DNA of 64,000 nt from assembly GCA_002633005.1 (NCBI GenBank), contig NMRA01000063.1, forward strand, positions 414,010-478,009, read 5' to 3'. The DNA comes from Phoronis australis. Taxonomy: Eukaryota; Animalia; Phoronida. Made by a program: the position numbers and the translations under genes. A model generated the notes under the pieces. That model made no database searches. It was given only the letters and a program-made list of their open reading frames with translations, and was not told the DNA's origin. This document shows, piece after piece, positions 1 through 11,935 of the stretch (position 1 is its first letter; the number at the start of each line of letters is the position of its first letter).

Positions 1-984
1 ATCTAGTAGCCATTTCGAGTCGTTTTTTGACGTCTGTCCCTCTAACAACCAAACCACTCGAAGGATGATTGTGAAAATTGGCATATATGTTCTTACTATG
101 AAGAAGACAGTTGACGATGATTTTCCGACGACTTCGACTACTGTGGCGCCTCCTAGTGGCAGTTTTGTTTGTTTTTGAGCCCATGGCTGTATCTCCTAAA
201 TGCTCTACAGGATCTTTATTAAATTTAGCAAATATATGTATATGATCTTGACAACGTACGACGGTGACTTTCGGAAAGATCGGTCTACCGGTGTGCCCCC
301 TAGTGGCAATTATATTTTTTTTACATTTACCTCCGTATCTTCAAAGGTCCTCAATGGATTTCCATAAGATTTGGCACATAGACATCTATTAGTGAAGTGA
401 CGCTAGCCATTCATCTTCGGTTTGATTCAAGGTATTTTGCACCACCTAGTGGCCATTTTTGTTGTTTTCGAGTCTGTTTTTTTGGCGTCCGTAACTCTGT
501 CAACCAAACCACTCTAAGGATGATTGTCGTGAAAGTTGGCATGTATGTTCTTTCTATGAAGGGGACGGTTGACGATTAATTTCCGACGACTTCTACTACT
601 GTGGTGCCTCCTAGTGGTGATTTTGTTTTTTCGCACCCATACCTGTGTCTCCTAAGCCCTCTGCAGGATCTTTATAAATTTAGCTCGTGTAGTTTTATGA
701 AGTTAACAAGAGAAGACGATAACTTTTAGACAGATCCGACGAACACTGCCCCCTAGTGGTAATTTCATTTTCCTTTGTTTCTCTGAAGTTCCTCGATGAA
801 TTTTAATGGAATTTGGTAAATGACTTTCTTTTAACGAAACGATGACATTTTCTGGTTTTCAGATGGATTTGACGTATTTTGCACCATCTAGTGGCCATTT
901 TGATGATACAAATAAACAACCCTATAAGTATACCATTTGTGATGCATTCGTGGGCACATTTCAACGCTCCGCGTTGCTTTTGTT
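1..984 (+). mobile_element. HINE/DINE-like non-autonomous Helentron, family A, 5' part outside window
   Basis: Internal repeats with cctagtggc motifs; ends with subTIR gtgggcacat, hairpin caacgc-tcc-gcgttg and cttttgtt, as in the other copies. Confidence 0.8.
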
Positions 985-3844
985 GGTTCTGTTAAGCATC
1001 CGGGTGCCAGTGGTTTATTTGAAAATGAACTTAATAGATTTCCTGCGGTTGTAAAAGACCCGATGCTTTATGATATAACCCAGAACTGATATTTTCCTGT
1101 TTCGATTTTACCCGGGGTTGACGTTACCTAATGATATTCTATGCCCGCTATTGCAACTAAACGAGTAGATGCGAAATTGTGGTAAGCGAACTTTTTATTC
1201 TTCTCTTCATACACTTCCCCCCCCTGGCAGTTTTTCGCTCCCCAGACCGGCGTAAAATGTTCTGACTCCAATAGAAACAACCTTATTCCGGCTGAAGCGG
1301 ACAATTAAAAACAAAATTATTCTAGGTGGCTAAAAAGTTAACGTCGTAGGTGGTAACCATAGACATCACATAGACCGGGCACGCGCCACTCAGATACATG
1401 CAGCTCGCATTGTCAATATTACGCCATATTGGAGAGTGCTACACAGGACAAAAATGGCGGAAAACACTGGGAGCCCTACGGCATCAGTCAGAAAATTGGC
1501 GGGCTCACAGTGTTATGCTTGCAGCCAAAGAGTTAAGTTTTTTGGTCCTGGGTATTTTTGGTTCGGCCATGGAGTTTAGAGGTGCTGCCACTAGGTTTTC
1601 ATGTTCTGTCACCATAGTTTAAGGGGAGTGATTATGGGTTGTTTCCACATCAACCTTGATAATTGAGACCATATGAGATCAATTAAAACATAATTATTGA
1701 CCAGCATATGCTGTTATCCAATGATGATGCTGTTTTTTAATTGTACTTAAGTAAATATTTGCTATCAATGACAATCATGTGTATTTTTACTTGTTCTGAA
1801 CAATAACATCCTAGAACCTACTCGCTAGCCATCAAAATCAGTACATCTAAGTGAATAATGTATTCTCTGTTGAAATATATACTGCTTAAAAACTCACTTC
1901 TTATTAAGTATTTCACAATCAGATTTCTTCTGTTGTATTAAAACAAACATATCCCTGCAAAATCTGTACTTATGTTAAAGTTGACATTGCAAATTTTGTG
2001 GATTTGCACTGCTTGCTTATGAGCTCTTTGTTTAGTGACTCAAAACTCGCGCAAAAAGTAAAGTGCACAGTAACCAAAATATCAAACCTGTACGACTGAA
2101 TTGCACATCCAATCTATACCCAAAATACAGAATTTCCCACTCGAAACCGAGTGGAAATATACCCAACCGAGCCGGTGTAGCATTAAATAATGAACCCGAC
2201 GGTGAAAAATGACCCCGTCCATTAAATTTAGGCCGCCCATTAAATGCAACCTGGTTCGTATTTTAATTTTACGTAGTTACCCAGGGCCATTCTCCATATT
2301 GAAAACTAAGGATTATTGGGCACAACAAAAGTACGTCCCCAGTGAGCAGCATGTCTCCTGGATGGAAACCCGCACAGGTTTGGGAATTATTTCAAGGATA
2401 TTCATTTTATGGAAAACCAAATGTTGAGTACATAAACAGCATTTTTGTTGTGAAATTGCACTGAATTGTTCCTGCGCATCCAAATACATCATTGGGTAGG
2501 GCATGGTTTCACGGATTTTTTTCTACAGATGTTTTTCAAACGACGAGTTAGGTTGCAAAATTTTGGCTACGAACAAAAAATAGAGGGAGTTTGTACTCCG
2601 AGTTAGTTTGGATCTTTAACCACTTTGATGACAGCCATATAGCAGGTCATACCTAGAAAAATCGCCGATACTTTTCTTTCTTTTCACATCGCAAACTTAG
2701 CTACTCAAATGTACGTGTCAGTTAGAGAGCACCGATTCAAGTTTCACATCGGCAACTAGCCTTGCGCTCTAGAGCCTTTCAATGGCGGTTGTGGAGAACA
2801 GTAATGCCACAGTAATGCTATACCTGCATGAACGAATTTTACGATCTGAAATGTGGGAGTATTTAATGCTGCAGGTAAGAGCATAATCTAAACATTTTCT
2901 TGATGATCTAAAAAATTTATTTTGGCACGTAAAACGGCAGGAAAATTTTGCGACCTGGCATTTATGAATAAGAGCTCAATTTTGAAACCATGACCTGGGA
3001 TTTTGGCAAGGTTGCAAAATGCAACCTGGCAATTTTATAGCATTGAGCCCTGTAATGTGATAGTATTCTATTTCTGTAACAATACGAACATCGGAACCGT
3101 TAGCAACTCGAACAAAAATTTGAGTTTGTTGGTGCTGACGTTGGCTGTGACTTGCGTTGATAATGGAAGTGGAATGCTGTTGTGGTAAGGACCATCAAGG
3201 CACCGGTTTTGTGAGAAAAGGGGCGTAATTTGACTATTATTTTTTAGCCAGCTTAATATGGCGAAATGCAGCTTTAACAGAATAAATTAACTTTTTTTTA
3301 AATTGGCCAGAACTTGGGCATGTGACTGTTGCATCAAATGTATTTGATTGAGGGCATTCCTCTCAAGTCTGTGTTGTGTTGCTATCAAGGTACCAAGTGA
3401 CTGAGCTAAACAACAAAGCACTTCACTGTGTTACTCATTACTGGATCATGTGTCTGTGACCATCATTCTCACCACTTCAGGCATTCACACTCTGGTCCAC
3501 ACCTGCAATTCTGTGTTTTCAAACAGCCTTTTCAATGCCATTCCTTTGAGGTTGCGACGCTGTGAAAGAATGTTCAGCTGGCCCACTTTCCCTGTTCTCC
3601 TTAACCAATAACCTGCCGTCGTTTTTCACCAGAGATGTCTGTTTTTTGAATATCAGGCTTGTGCCTAAAGCAGATAGTCTGATGTTAATGTTTTTGCAGC
3701 CCAGTCAAGTGTATTGATTACTCAAGCGAAGGTCAGTAAGCTTGGAATGTCACCTGGTGACTTAACCTTGAGCTTTGATGAGTTGTGTAGATGCAAGCAT
3801 TTGATGAAGGAAGCTAGCGTGATCACTTGCTTCTCTTGCAATGT

Positions 3845-4446
3845 ATGACATCAGCTTGTTATTCGCCCCTCATATTTATATGACATCTTGTTATACGCCC
3901 ACATATTTATATGACAGCATCTTGTTATGCGCCCACATATTTATATTTCATCTTGTTATGCGCCTACATATTTATATGACATCTTGTTATGCGCCCACAT
4001 ATTTATATGACATCTTGTTATGCGCCCGCATATTTATATGACAGCCTCTTGTTATGCGCCCACATATTTATATGACAACATCTTGTTATACGCCCACATA
4101 TTTTTATAGCAACATCTTGTTATGCGCCCACATATTTATATGACAACATCTTGTTATGCGCCCACATATTTATATGACAACGTCTTGTTATGCGCCCACA
4201 TATTTATATGACAACGTCTTGTTATGCGCCCACATATTTATATGACAACGTCTTGTTATGCGCCCACATATTTATATGACAACGTCTTGTTATGCGCCCA
4301 CATATTTATATGACAACATCTTGTTATGCGCCCACATATTTATATGACAACGTCTTGTTATGCGCCCACATATTTATATGACAACGTCTTGTTATGCGCC
4401 CACATATTTTTATGACAACTTGTTGTTACGCGCCCACATATTTATA
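3845..4446 (+). repeat. 34-bp minisatellite (acaacgtcttgttatgcgcccacatatttatatg), about 17 copies
   Basis: 34-bp period (e.g. 4177, 4211); unit contains the HINE 5' terminus. Confidence 0.95.
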
Positions 4447-4776
4447 TCAATGTCTTGTGTGATCATGTGTTTTTTCAAGGTTTTTGTAGAAGATGTTTTA
4501 CTATGTAACTCCAGGAGAAGTTTGGATAACAATTACTGTGTAGCTATTGACAGTTTTGGCAATGATGTTCTATGCAAGTATTGTGTGGTAGTGCGATGCT
4601 GGCGGAGACAATCTGAACCAATTGATGAAGTTGAAAAGCACTCCATGTTGTTTGTCACAGCCACTTATGAGAATGGCATTCATTGGTCACCCAACCAAAA
4701 TGGATGTTGTCTTCTAGACAGTCGAATTGGTCCTTACTCAGATTAGAGTATTTTCAGGGCTTGGAAAGAACTGCAT

Positions 4777-7431
4777 TGTTATGCTCCCACATGTGTGGTC
4801 ACATATTGTCATCACTTTGTCCGGTTGTTAGGTTGTCCGGATGATTTGTCAAAAAACCCTGGTCGGATTTTGATGAAATTTGGCACAAGGGTGTTGAGCA
4901 TCACTGGAACGGTTTATGTCTCTTTTCAATGTGCCCTGCCCCCTGGGGTCAGGGGGCGTCGCTTTTTCTGTATTTTTGGGTCAAGAGCGTTTCTGGTTGA
5001 TATCTAAAAAAGGGATTGACTGATTTAACTGAAACTTGAAGCAAAGGTGTGTGATGTCAATTTGCTGGCATGATTAAATTTTTGAGTGGATTCAACTACT
5101 GCAGCACCTCCTAGTGGCCATTTGTCCTCAATGAGGGGCTTTTCGAGTGTTGTTTTGGGGAGAAGAGCATTTTCGGATGATATCTAGAGAACTGATCGGT
5201 GGATTTCATTGAATCTTGACACAGAGGTTTTTTTATGAGATTACACTGGTACCATTTGATTTTTGGTCAGATTTGACAAATGCAGTGCCACTTAGTGGCC
5301 ATTTTGTGTGAGAGCGTTTCCAAATGATATCTAGAGAACAGATCGATGGATTTCAATGAAACTTGACCCAAAGGTGTTTAATAACAATGCGCCGGGACCA
5401 TTAAATTTGTGGGTGAATTTTGACTACTGTAGCGCCTTCTTGTTGCCATCATGTTATCAGTGAGGGCTTTTTAAGTGTTGTTTGGTAAATATTGTTTCCA
5501 GATGTTATCAATAGAACCGACTGGCATACTACTTTGAAACTTGACGCAGGGGTATGTGATGAGATTGCAACAGCACCATTTGCTTTTCGGCCGTATTCGA
5601 GGTCTGTAGTGCCTCTCAGTGGTCATTTTGTGTGAGCGTTTCCAGATGACGTGAGTTCGACTGTTGTAGCATCTCCTAGTGGCCATTATGTTTTCAAGTG
5701 TTGTTTGGGGAATAGCGTTTCCAGATGATCTAAAGAACAGATTGATGGATTTTGTCAAAACCTGACATCAAGGTGTATGATGAGATTGCGCCGGCACCAT
5801 TTGATTTTTGGTCAGATTCAATAGCTGCAATATGGCCATTTTGTATGTGAGTGTTTTCGCATGATGTTGGGAGCCGAGTGAAGGATTTCAATGAAAGGTG
5901 ATGCAGATGTTTCTGTTGACAATGCACCAGCACCATTAAAGTTCTGGGCAGATTCGTCCACGGTAACACCTCCTACAGGCCATTTTTTTCGACATGGGCT
6001 TTAGAAGTGTTTAGAGGAAGAGTATTTCCTGATGATATCTAAAGAACCGTTTAATAGATTTCATCATTTTTGACACCATTTGATTTTCGGGCCAATTTGA
6101 CAACTGCAGTGCCTCCTAGTGGCCATTTTGTGTAATCGTTTCTGGATGATATGTGAAGAACGGACTGAGGGTTTCAATGAAAGTTCACGCAGAGGTTTGT
6201 AATGACATTGCATCGGCACCATTAAATTTTCGGCGGATTCGACCACTGTCGCACCTCTTAATGGCCATTTTGTTTTTGACATGGGTTTTGAAGTATTGTT
6301 TGGGGAAGAGCGTTTCCGGATGATATCGGGATTGTTAGTAGATAAGCCCACTTGATGAAACGCCCATGGGCGTTTATTCTGAAAATTATTTGGTGTTGCA
6401 ACGTCTAGTGTCAAGTGTCCAGATAATGGGGTAGTTTGTTCGTAAAATTTCTTCTTAAAAGGTCACTCGGCGTCAATTTTGTGTCTCAAATTCAGTTTCG
6501 TGGAACATTTATCATTTACAAAAACAAACAAGGTGTTGGCAAACTATCTATTTATTAACATAACATTTAAAAACAGTTTTATGTAAAAAAATGTCAAAGT
6601 CAGCAGATCTATGACTTTCCGTTTACAAGACCCCCTTTTCCAAATAATTGCCCGGGTGTTTCTTTGGTTTTAATAAAACTCCTGAAAATCTTCATTTCCT
6701 GTATACACGCCCATCTGCTTATCTATGGAATATCTGAAGAACTAATTGAAAGATTTCATTGAAACTTGTCACAGGTATATGATGAGATTACACCATTTCA
6801 TGTTTGGCTGGGTTTGACTATTGTAGTGCCTCCTAGTGGCCATTTTGTGTGAGTGCGTTTCCAAATGATTTGTAGAGAACTGAGGGAAGGATTTCAATGA
6901 AAGTTGACATGGGTTTGTGATGACAGGCGGCACCATTAAATTTTCGGGCAGATGTGACTACTATAGCACTTCCTAGTGGCCATTTTATTTCCAATGTGGG
7001 CTTTTCAAGTGTTGCTTAGGAGAAAAGCATTTCCGGGTGATATCTCAAGAACTGATTTACGCATTCCACGGACGCAAAGTTATGAGATTGCGCTGGCACT
7101 ATTTAAGTCACAGCTGGATTCAATTTAATGAAGGATTTCGATGAATGTTGACACAGAGGTATGTTAGGGCAATGTGCCGGCAGTTCCAGGCTTATTCGAC
7201 CTGTGTAGCACCTACTCATTTTTAACATGAGGCTTTTCACGTGTCATTTGGGGGAAGAATATTCCTGGATGATATCTGAAGAATCGATTGATGGATTTCA
7301 TTATAACTTGACACTTGGGCTGGCACCATTCAATTTTCGGGCAGATTTGAGTTCTTCAGCGCCTCCTAGTGACTCTTAGAAACATATCTTATGCAATGTA
7401 CCGTGGGTGCTTGTCACCGCCCCAGCATTGC
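4777..7431 (+). mobile_element. HINE-like element, family B (diverged), interrupted at about 6340-6720
   Basis: Starts ttgttatgctcccacatgtgtgg; internal repeats with gcctcctagtggccattttg; ends gtgggtgctt plus a degenerate hairpin and a T run. Confidence 0.65.
6455..6720. mobile_element. Kolobok-like DNA transposon end fragment
   Basis: ttaaaaggtcactcgg start (TTAA followed by purines), shared with the element end at 31002. Confidence 0.35.
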
Positions 7432-9226
7432 TTTTTATGCGTCCACACATTTATATGTGGACGCATTATGCCGTCATCTCCATCCATCTGTCTGTCTGTC
7501 CGTCCATCCGGTGTCCAGCGTCCGCTGCTCCATCTCCAAAACCACTTGACGTATGTTCATGAAATTCGGCACGTGTTGGTTTCATGGATGGGATGGCATG
7601 AGCGAACTTTCGGACAGATCTGACTACCGGTGTGCCCCCTAGTGGCAATTTTAGTTTTTTACGTTTACCTCTATCTTCAAAGGTCCTCAACATGTTTTCA
7701 TAAAATTTTGTATATAGGCACCTATTAGTGAGATGACGCTTTCCTCCCGTTTTCGGATGGATTCGACGTATTTTGCGCCAATTAGTGGCAATTTTTACGG
7801 TTTTCGGGTATGTTTTTTGGCGTCCACCCCTCTATCAACCAAAGTGCTCGAAGGATGATTGTGAAAATTGGCATGTATGTTCTTACTATGAATAGGACAG
7901 CTGACAATGATTTTCCGACGACTTCTGACTACTGGCGCCTCCTCGTGGCAGTTTTGTTCATTTTGCTCCTAGGGCTGTATCTTCTAAACCGTTTGCAGGA
8001 TCTTTACTAAATTTAGCAAGTGTATTGATATGATATTGACATTGGACGACAACTTTCGGACAGAGCTGACTACTGGTGTGCCCCCTAGTGAGTGGCAATT
8101 TTAGATTTTTACATTTACCTCCGTATCTTCAAAGGTCCTCCACATGTTTTCATAAAATTTGCCATGTAGGCATCTATTAGTAAGATGATGCTATCCTCCC
8201 AATTTCAGATGGATTTGACATAGTTTATGCCACCTTACTGGCCATTTCTACTGTTTTCGAGTCCGTTTTTGGCGTCCACCCCTCTATCAACCAAACCACT
8301 CAAAGGATGATTGTGAAAATTGGAATGCATGTTCCTACTATGAAGAGGACCGCTTACGATGATTTTCCGACCACTTTGAGTACTGTGACGCCTCCAAGTG
8401 GCAGTTTTTTTTTGCGCCTATGGCTATATCTCCTAAACCGTTTTCAGGATCTTTACTGAATTTTTCAAGTTAATTTATGTGATATTGACCACGGAGGACG
8501 ACGATATTCAAGTGGATGTGACTATCGGTGTGCCCTGTAGGTGCAATTTTAGTTTTTTACGTTTACGTCTGTATCTTCAAAGATCTAAAACGGATTTTCA
8601 TAAAATTTTGAATCTACGAATCTATTGGTGAGATGATGCTATCCTCCCGTTTTCAGATGGAATCGAGGTATTTTGCACCACCTAGTGGCCATTTTTGCTG
8701 TTTTTGTGTCTGTCTTTTAGCAGTCACTCCTCCATCAACCTAACCATTCTTAGGATGGTTTTGAAAATTGGCGTATATGGTCTCGGTGTCAAGAGGACAG
8801 TTAACGATGAAGATTTTGACTACTGTGGTGTCTCGTAGTGGTAGTTTTGTTTTGTTTTGTTTTTGCTCCCAGTTGATGTATCTTCTAAAGTCACTACAGA
8901 ATCTTAGTTAAATTTAGTAAATGTATTTATGTGAAGCTAACAACAGACAACAACGACTTTCAGGTGGATCCAACGAAGTGTGCTCCCTGGTGGCAATTTC
9001 ATTTTATTCCGTTTTCCTTTGTTTTTCTGAAGTTCCTTGACAGATTTTTATGGAATTTGGTGAATAGCTTTCTATTAAAGAAGCAATGACATGTTCCCGT
9101 TTTCGAATAGATTGGACGGTTTTGCTCCATCTAGTGCCCATTTTTATGTTACAAATAAACGACTGTTAAAGCACTTCATTTGCGTTGCATTCGTGGGCGC
9201 ATTTCAATGTTCTGCGTTGCTCTTGT
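7432..9226 (+). mobile_element. HINE family A, full-length copy
   Basis: T run + atgcgtccac..gtggacgcat hairpin, GTCC/GTCT microsatellite, ~450-bp internal units (7629, 8074, 8527), 3' subTIR gtgggcgcat, palindrome, ctcttgt. Confidence 0.85.
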
Positions 9227-9424
9227 GTTACTATTGGAGACCAAGCTTGATAAGGCTCTAGCAAAGTGTCAGTTTTCTTAAGTTCTGAAATCTGGAAGCA
9301 AGGAACAATTTGAGACCTGTTTTATATTTGTGAAGTCGAAATCAAAAAGGTGGTTCATGTGGGCTCATTACAGTTCCATGGTGCATTTAATTCAACTGTA
9401 AACTATACTTTGTTTCTTTGCCAG

Positions 9425-9637
9425 GGACTAGTTGCTACTCTAGAGAACTGAACTACAAGCGTTTCCGTGAGATTGCTGATTCGGTAGGGGCTTACCTATT
9501 GGCTGACATGGCTCATATATCTGGACTAGTGGCCGCCCAGGTAATCGCTAGTCCATTTGACTTTTGCGATGTCGTTACCACAACAACGCACAAAACACTG
9601 AGAGGTCCAAGATCTGGAATGATTTTCTTCCGAAAAG
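9425..9637 (+). CDS. SHMT1: Serine hydroxymethyltransferase (cytosolic-type) internal exon containing the PLP-binding lysine
   Basis: ccag|..G|gtttgt; [78 protein letters not shown] resembles SHMT1 rather than SHMT2 (GTSAYAR). Confidence 0.97.
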
Positions 9638-9756
9638 GTTTGTTGTGTTAAGTTTAAATTGTACTGCACGTGTTTTTATTGTGCATGCATATTATACTGT
9701 ATGTAACGCACAAAAGTTCAGTTGTGTAATTGCACCAAATGGGCTGCAGCATTGAA

Positions 9757-10460
9757 ATACCAGTTAAAGTAGCTGTTACTAACTGATAAAGGTAAATACC
9801 AGTTAAAGGTGCTAGTAGTAGCAGGTAAAGGTAAATTCCAGTTATAATAGCCAGTAGTAGCAGATAAAGGTAAATACTACTTAAAGTAGCTGTTACTAGC
9901 AGATAAAGGTAAATACCAGTTAAAATAGCTAGTAGTAGCAGATAAAGGTAAATACTAGTTAAAATAGTTCTTACTAGCAGGTAAAGATAAATACCAGTTA
10001 AAATAGCTAGTAGTAGCAGATAAAGGTAAATACTAGTTAAAATAGTTCTTACTAGCAGGTAAAGGTAAATACCAGTTAAAGGTGCTAGTAGTAGCAGATA
10101 ATGGTAAATACCAGTTAAAATAGCTAGTAGTAGCAGGTAAAGGTAAATGCCAGTTAAAATAGCTAGTAGTAGCAGATAAAGGCAAATGCCAGTTAAAATA
10201 GCTAGTAGTAGCAGATAAAGGTAAATGCCAGTTAAATAGCTAGTAGTAGCAGATAAAGGTAAATGCCAGTTAAAATAGCTAGTAGTAGCAGATAAAGGTA
10301 AATGCCAGTTAAAATAGCTAGTAGTAGCAGATAAAGGTAAATGCCAGTTAAAATAGCTAGTAGTAGCAGATAAAGGTAAATGCCAGTTAAAATAGCTAGT
10401 AGTAGCAGATAAAGGTAAATATCAGCTAAAGCAGCTGTTACCAGCAGATGAAGGTAAATT
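9757..10460. repeat. 39-bp minisatellite in SHMT intron
   Basis: Unit aaatgccagttaaaatagctagtagtagcagataaaggt, about 18 copies. Confidence 0.95.
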
Positions 10461-10915
10461 TTGATGTAAAATGCAGTGACTAACCATGTCTGCATTTTGT
10501 AATCTTGAAATTAAAAAGTAAATGCTCAAATAATGAATAAGGGACAAACGTCACGTAAAAACAACGTTAGTGAATGAAAATTTTACATACCTTTCAATGT
10601 ATTAACAAAACTGAAAACATCATTCCATCAGCAACATTTTGAATCTGTTCCACATTTCTGAGTTACTTTTCCTGTTACATACCGGTAATTTATGCACAGT
10701 GGAACAGTTTGAGCTGTTACCAGTTGATATTCATTGATAACATTTGGCGGCTTTAACCACTTGTGCCTATACAACATGAAAATTCCAGTAGCATATACAC
10801 TGTTCTGGGTAACTGGTCAGGAAGGACTTTTCTTTCTCAGATGGTATTTTTAAGATACAACACATGTTTTGTTAACAGTTTAATTAATGCCTCACTCTTT
10901 CAAAATTCATCACAG

Positions 10916-11029
10916 GTGTCCGCAATGTTCTCGCAAATGGTGAAAAGGAAATGTACAATCTAGAGAGACCGATTAACGAGGCCGTCTTCCCGGGTCTGCA
11001 GGGTGGACCACACAATCACGCCATCGCTG
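10916..11029 (+). CDS. SHMT1: SHMT exon
   Basis: cacag|..G|gtgaga; (G)[37 protein letters not shown]; phase 1-1. Confidence 0.97.
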
Positions 11030-11261
11030 GTGAGAAATTAAAGGCCAACACTGTTTTTTTCTTTTTGTGTTTGTCTGAAGATGACGATAGACGACCACAA
11101 GTGAAATTTAGCAAATAAGTTTCTACTTGTTGGAACCCATGCGAAGCTGGTGTGTGGGAATCTGCTTTAGCTCTGTTAACAATAGATATAGAAGTTGCCT
11201 TGGTGATACATGCTTAAGTTAGGAAACAAAAATAGGTAAAAGCTGTGCGGTTGTCAATGCC

Positions 11262-11652
11262 TTTTATTGTGTGCCCATATATTTATGTGTGGACGCATTA
11301 TGCCGTCATCTCTGTCCGTACGTCCGTCTGACGTACGTCAGGCGTCCGTTCGCCGGCGTCCGCTGCTCTATCTCCAAAATGCCTTGACGTATGTTCATGA
11401 AATTTTGCACGTGTTCCTTTCGTGGATGGGACGGCATGAGCGAACTTTAGGACAGATCCGACTACCGGTGTGCCCCCTAGTGGCAATTTCAGTTTTTTAC
11501 GTTTACCTCTGTATCTTCAAAAGTCCTGAATGGATTTTCATAAAATTTGATATATAGGCACCTGTTAGTGAGATGACGCTATCCTCCCGTTTTCAGATGG
11601 ATTTGACGTGGTTTGCGGCACCTAGTGGCCATTTTTACTGTTTTCGAGTCTG
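11262..11652 (+). mobile_element. HINE family A, 3'-truncated copy
   Basis: 5' hairpin, GTCC repeats and first internal unit only. Confidence 0.75.
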
Positions 11653-11935
11653 CGTGCGTATAAGACAGCAAAAGTGAAAATGACAACCCTACTAATTGCC
11701 AAACGACGGCCACGTCTTTAGTAGTTTTTGAGTTGCTAAGAAATTCTCAAACCCCTTTACTTGTATCTGGGACTACGTGCGCGAAATAAGATTTTTCTTT
11801 CACACATTCTTGCCAACGTAAAGTGGAGGCCTACTCCAGTGATTCTAGTGCGTGAACTCATACGCATACGCACCACTCCAAAGCTGCACATCAAAAGAGA
11901 ACTGCAACAGTCCTAAATGACAGAGTATACCGGCA

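Noticed and set aside
1-9424. Upstream SHMT exons
   Set aside because: No SHMT-like peptide seen; the region appears to be one intron of more than 9 kb.
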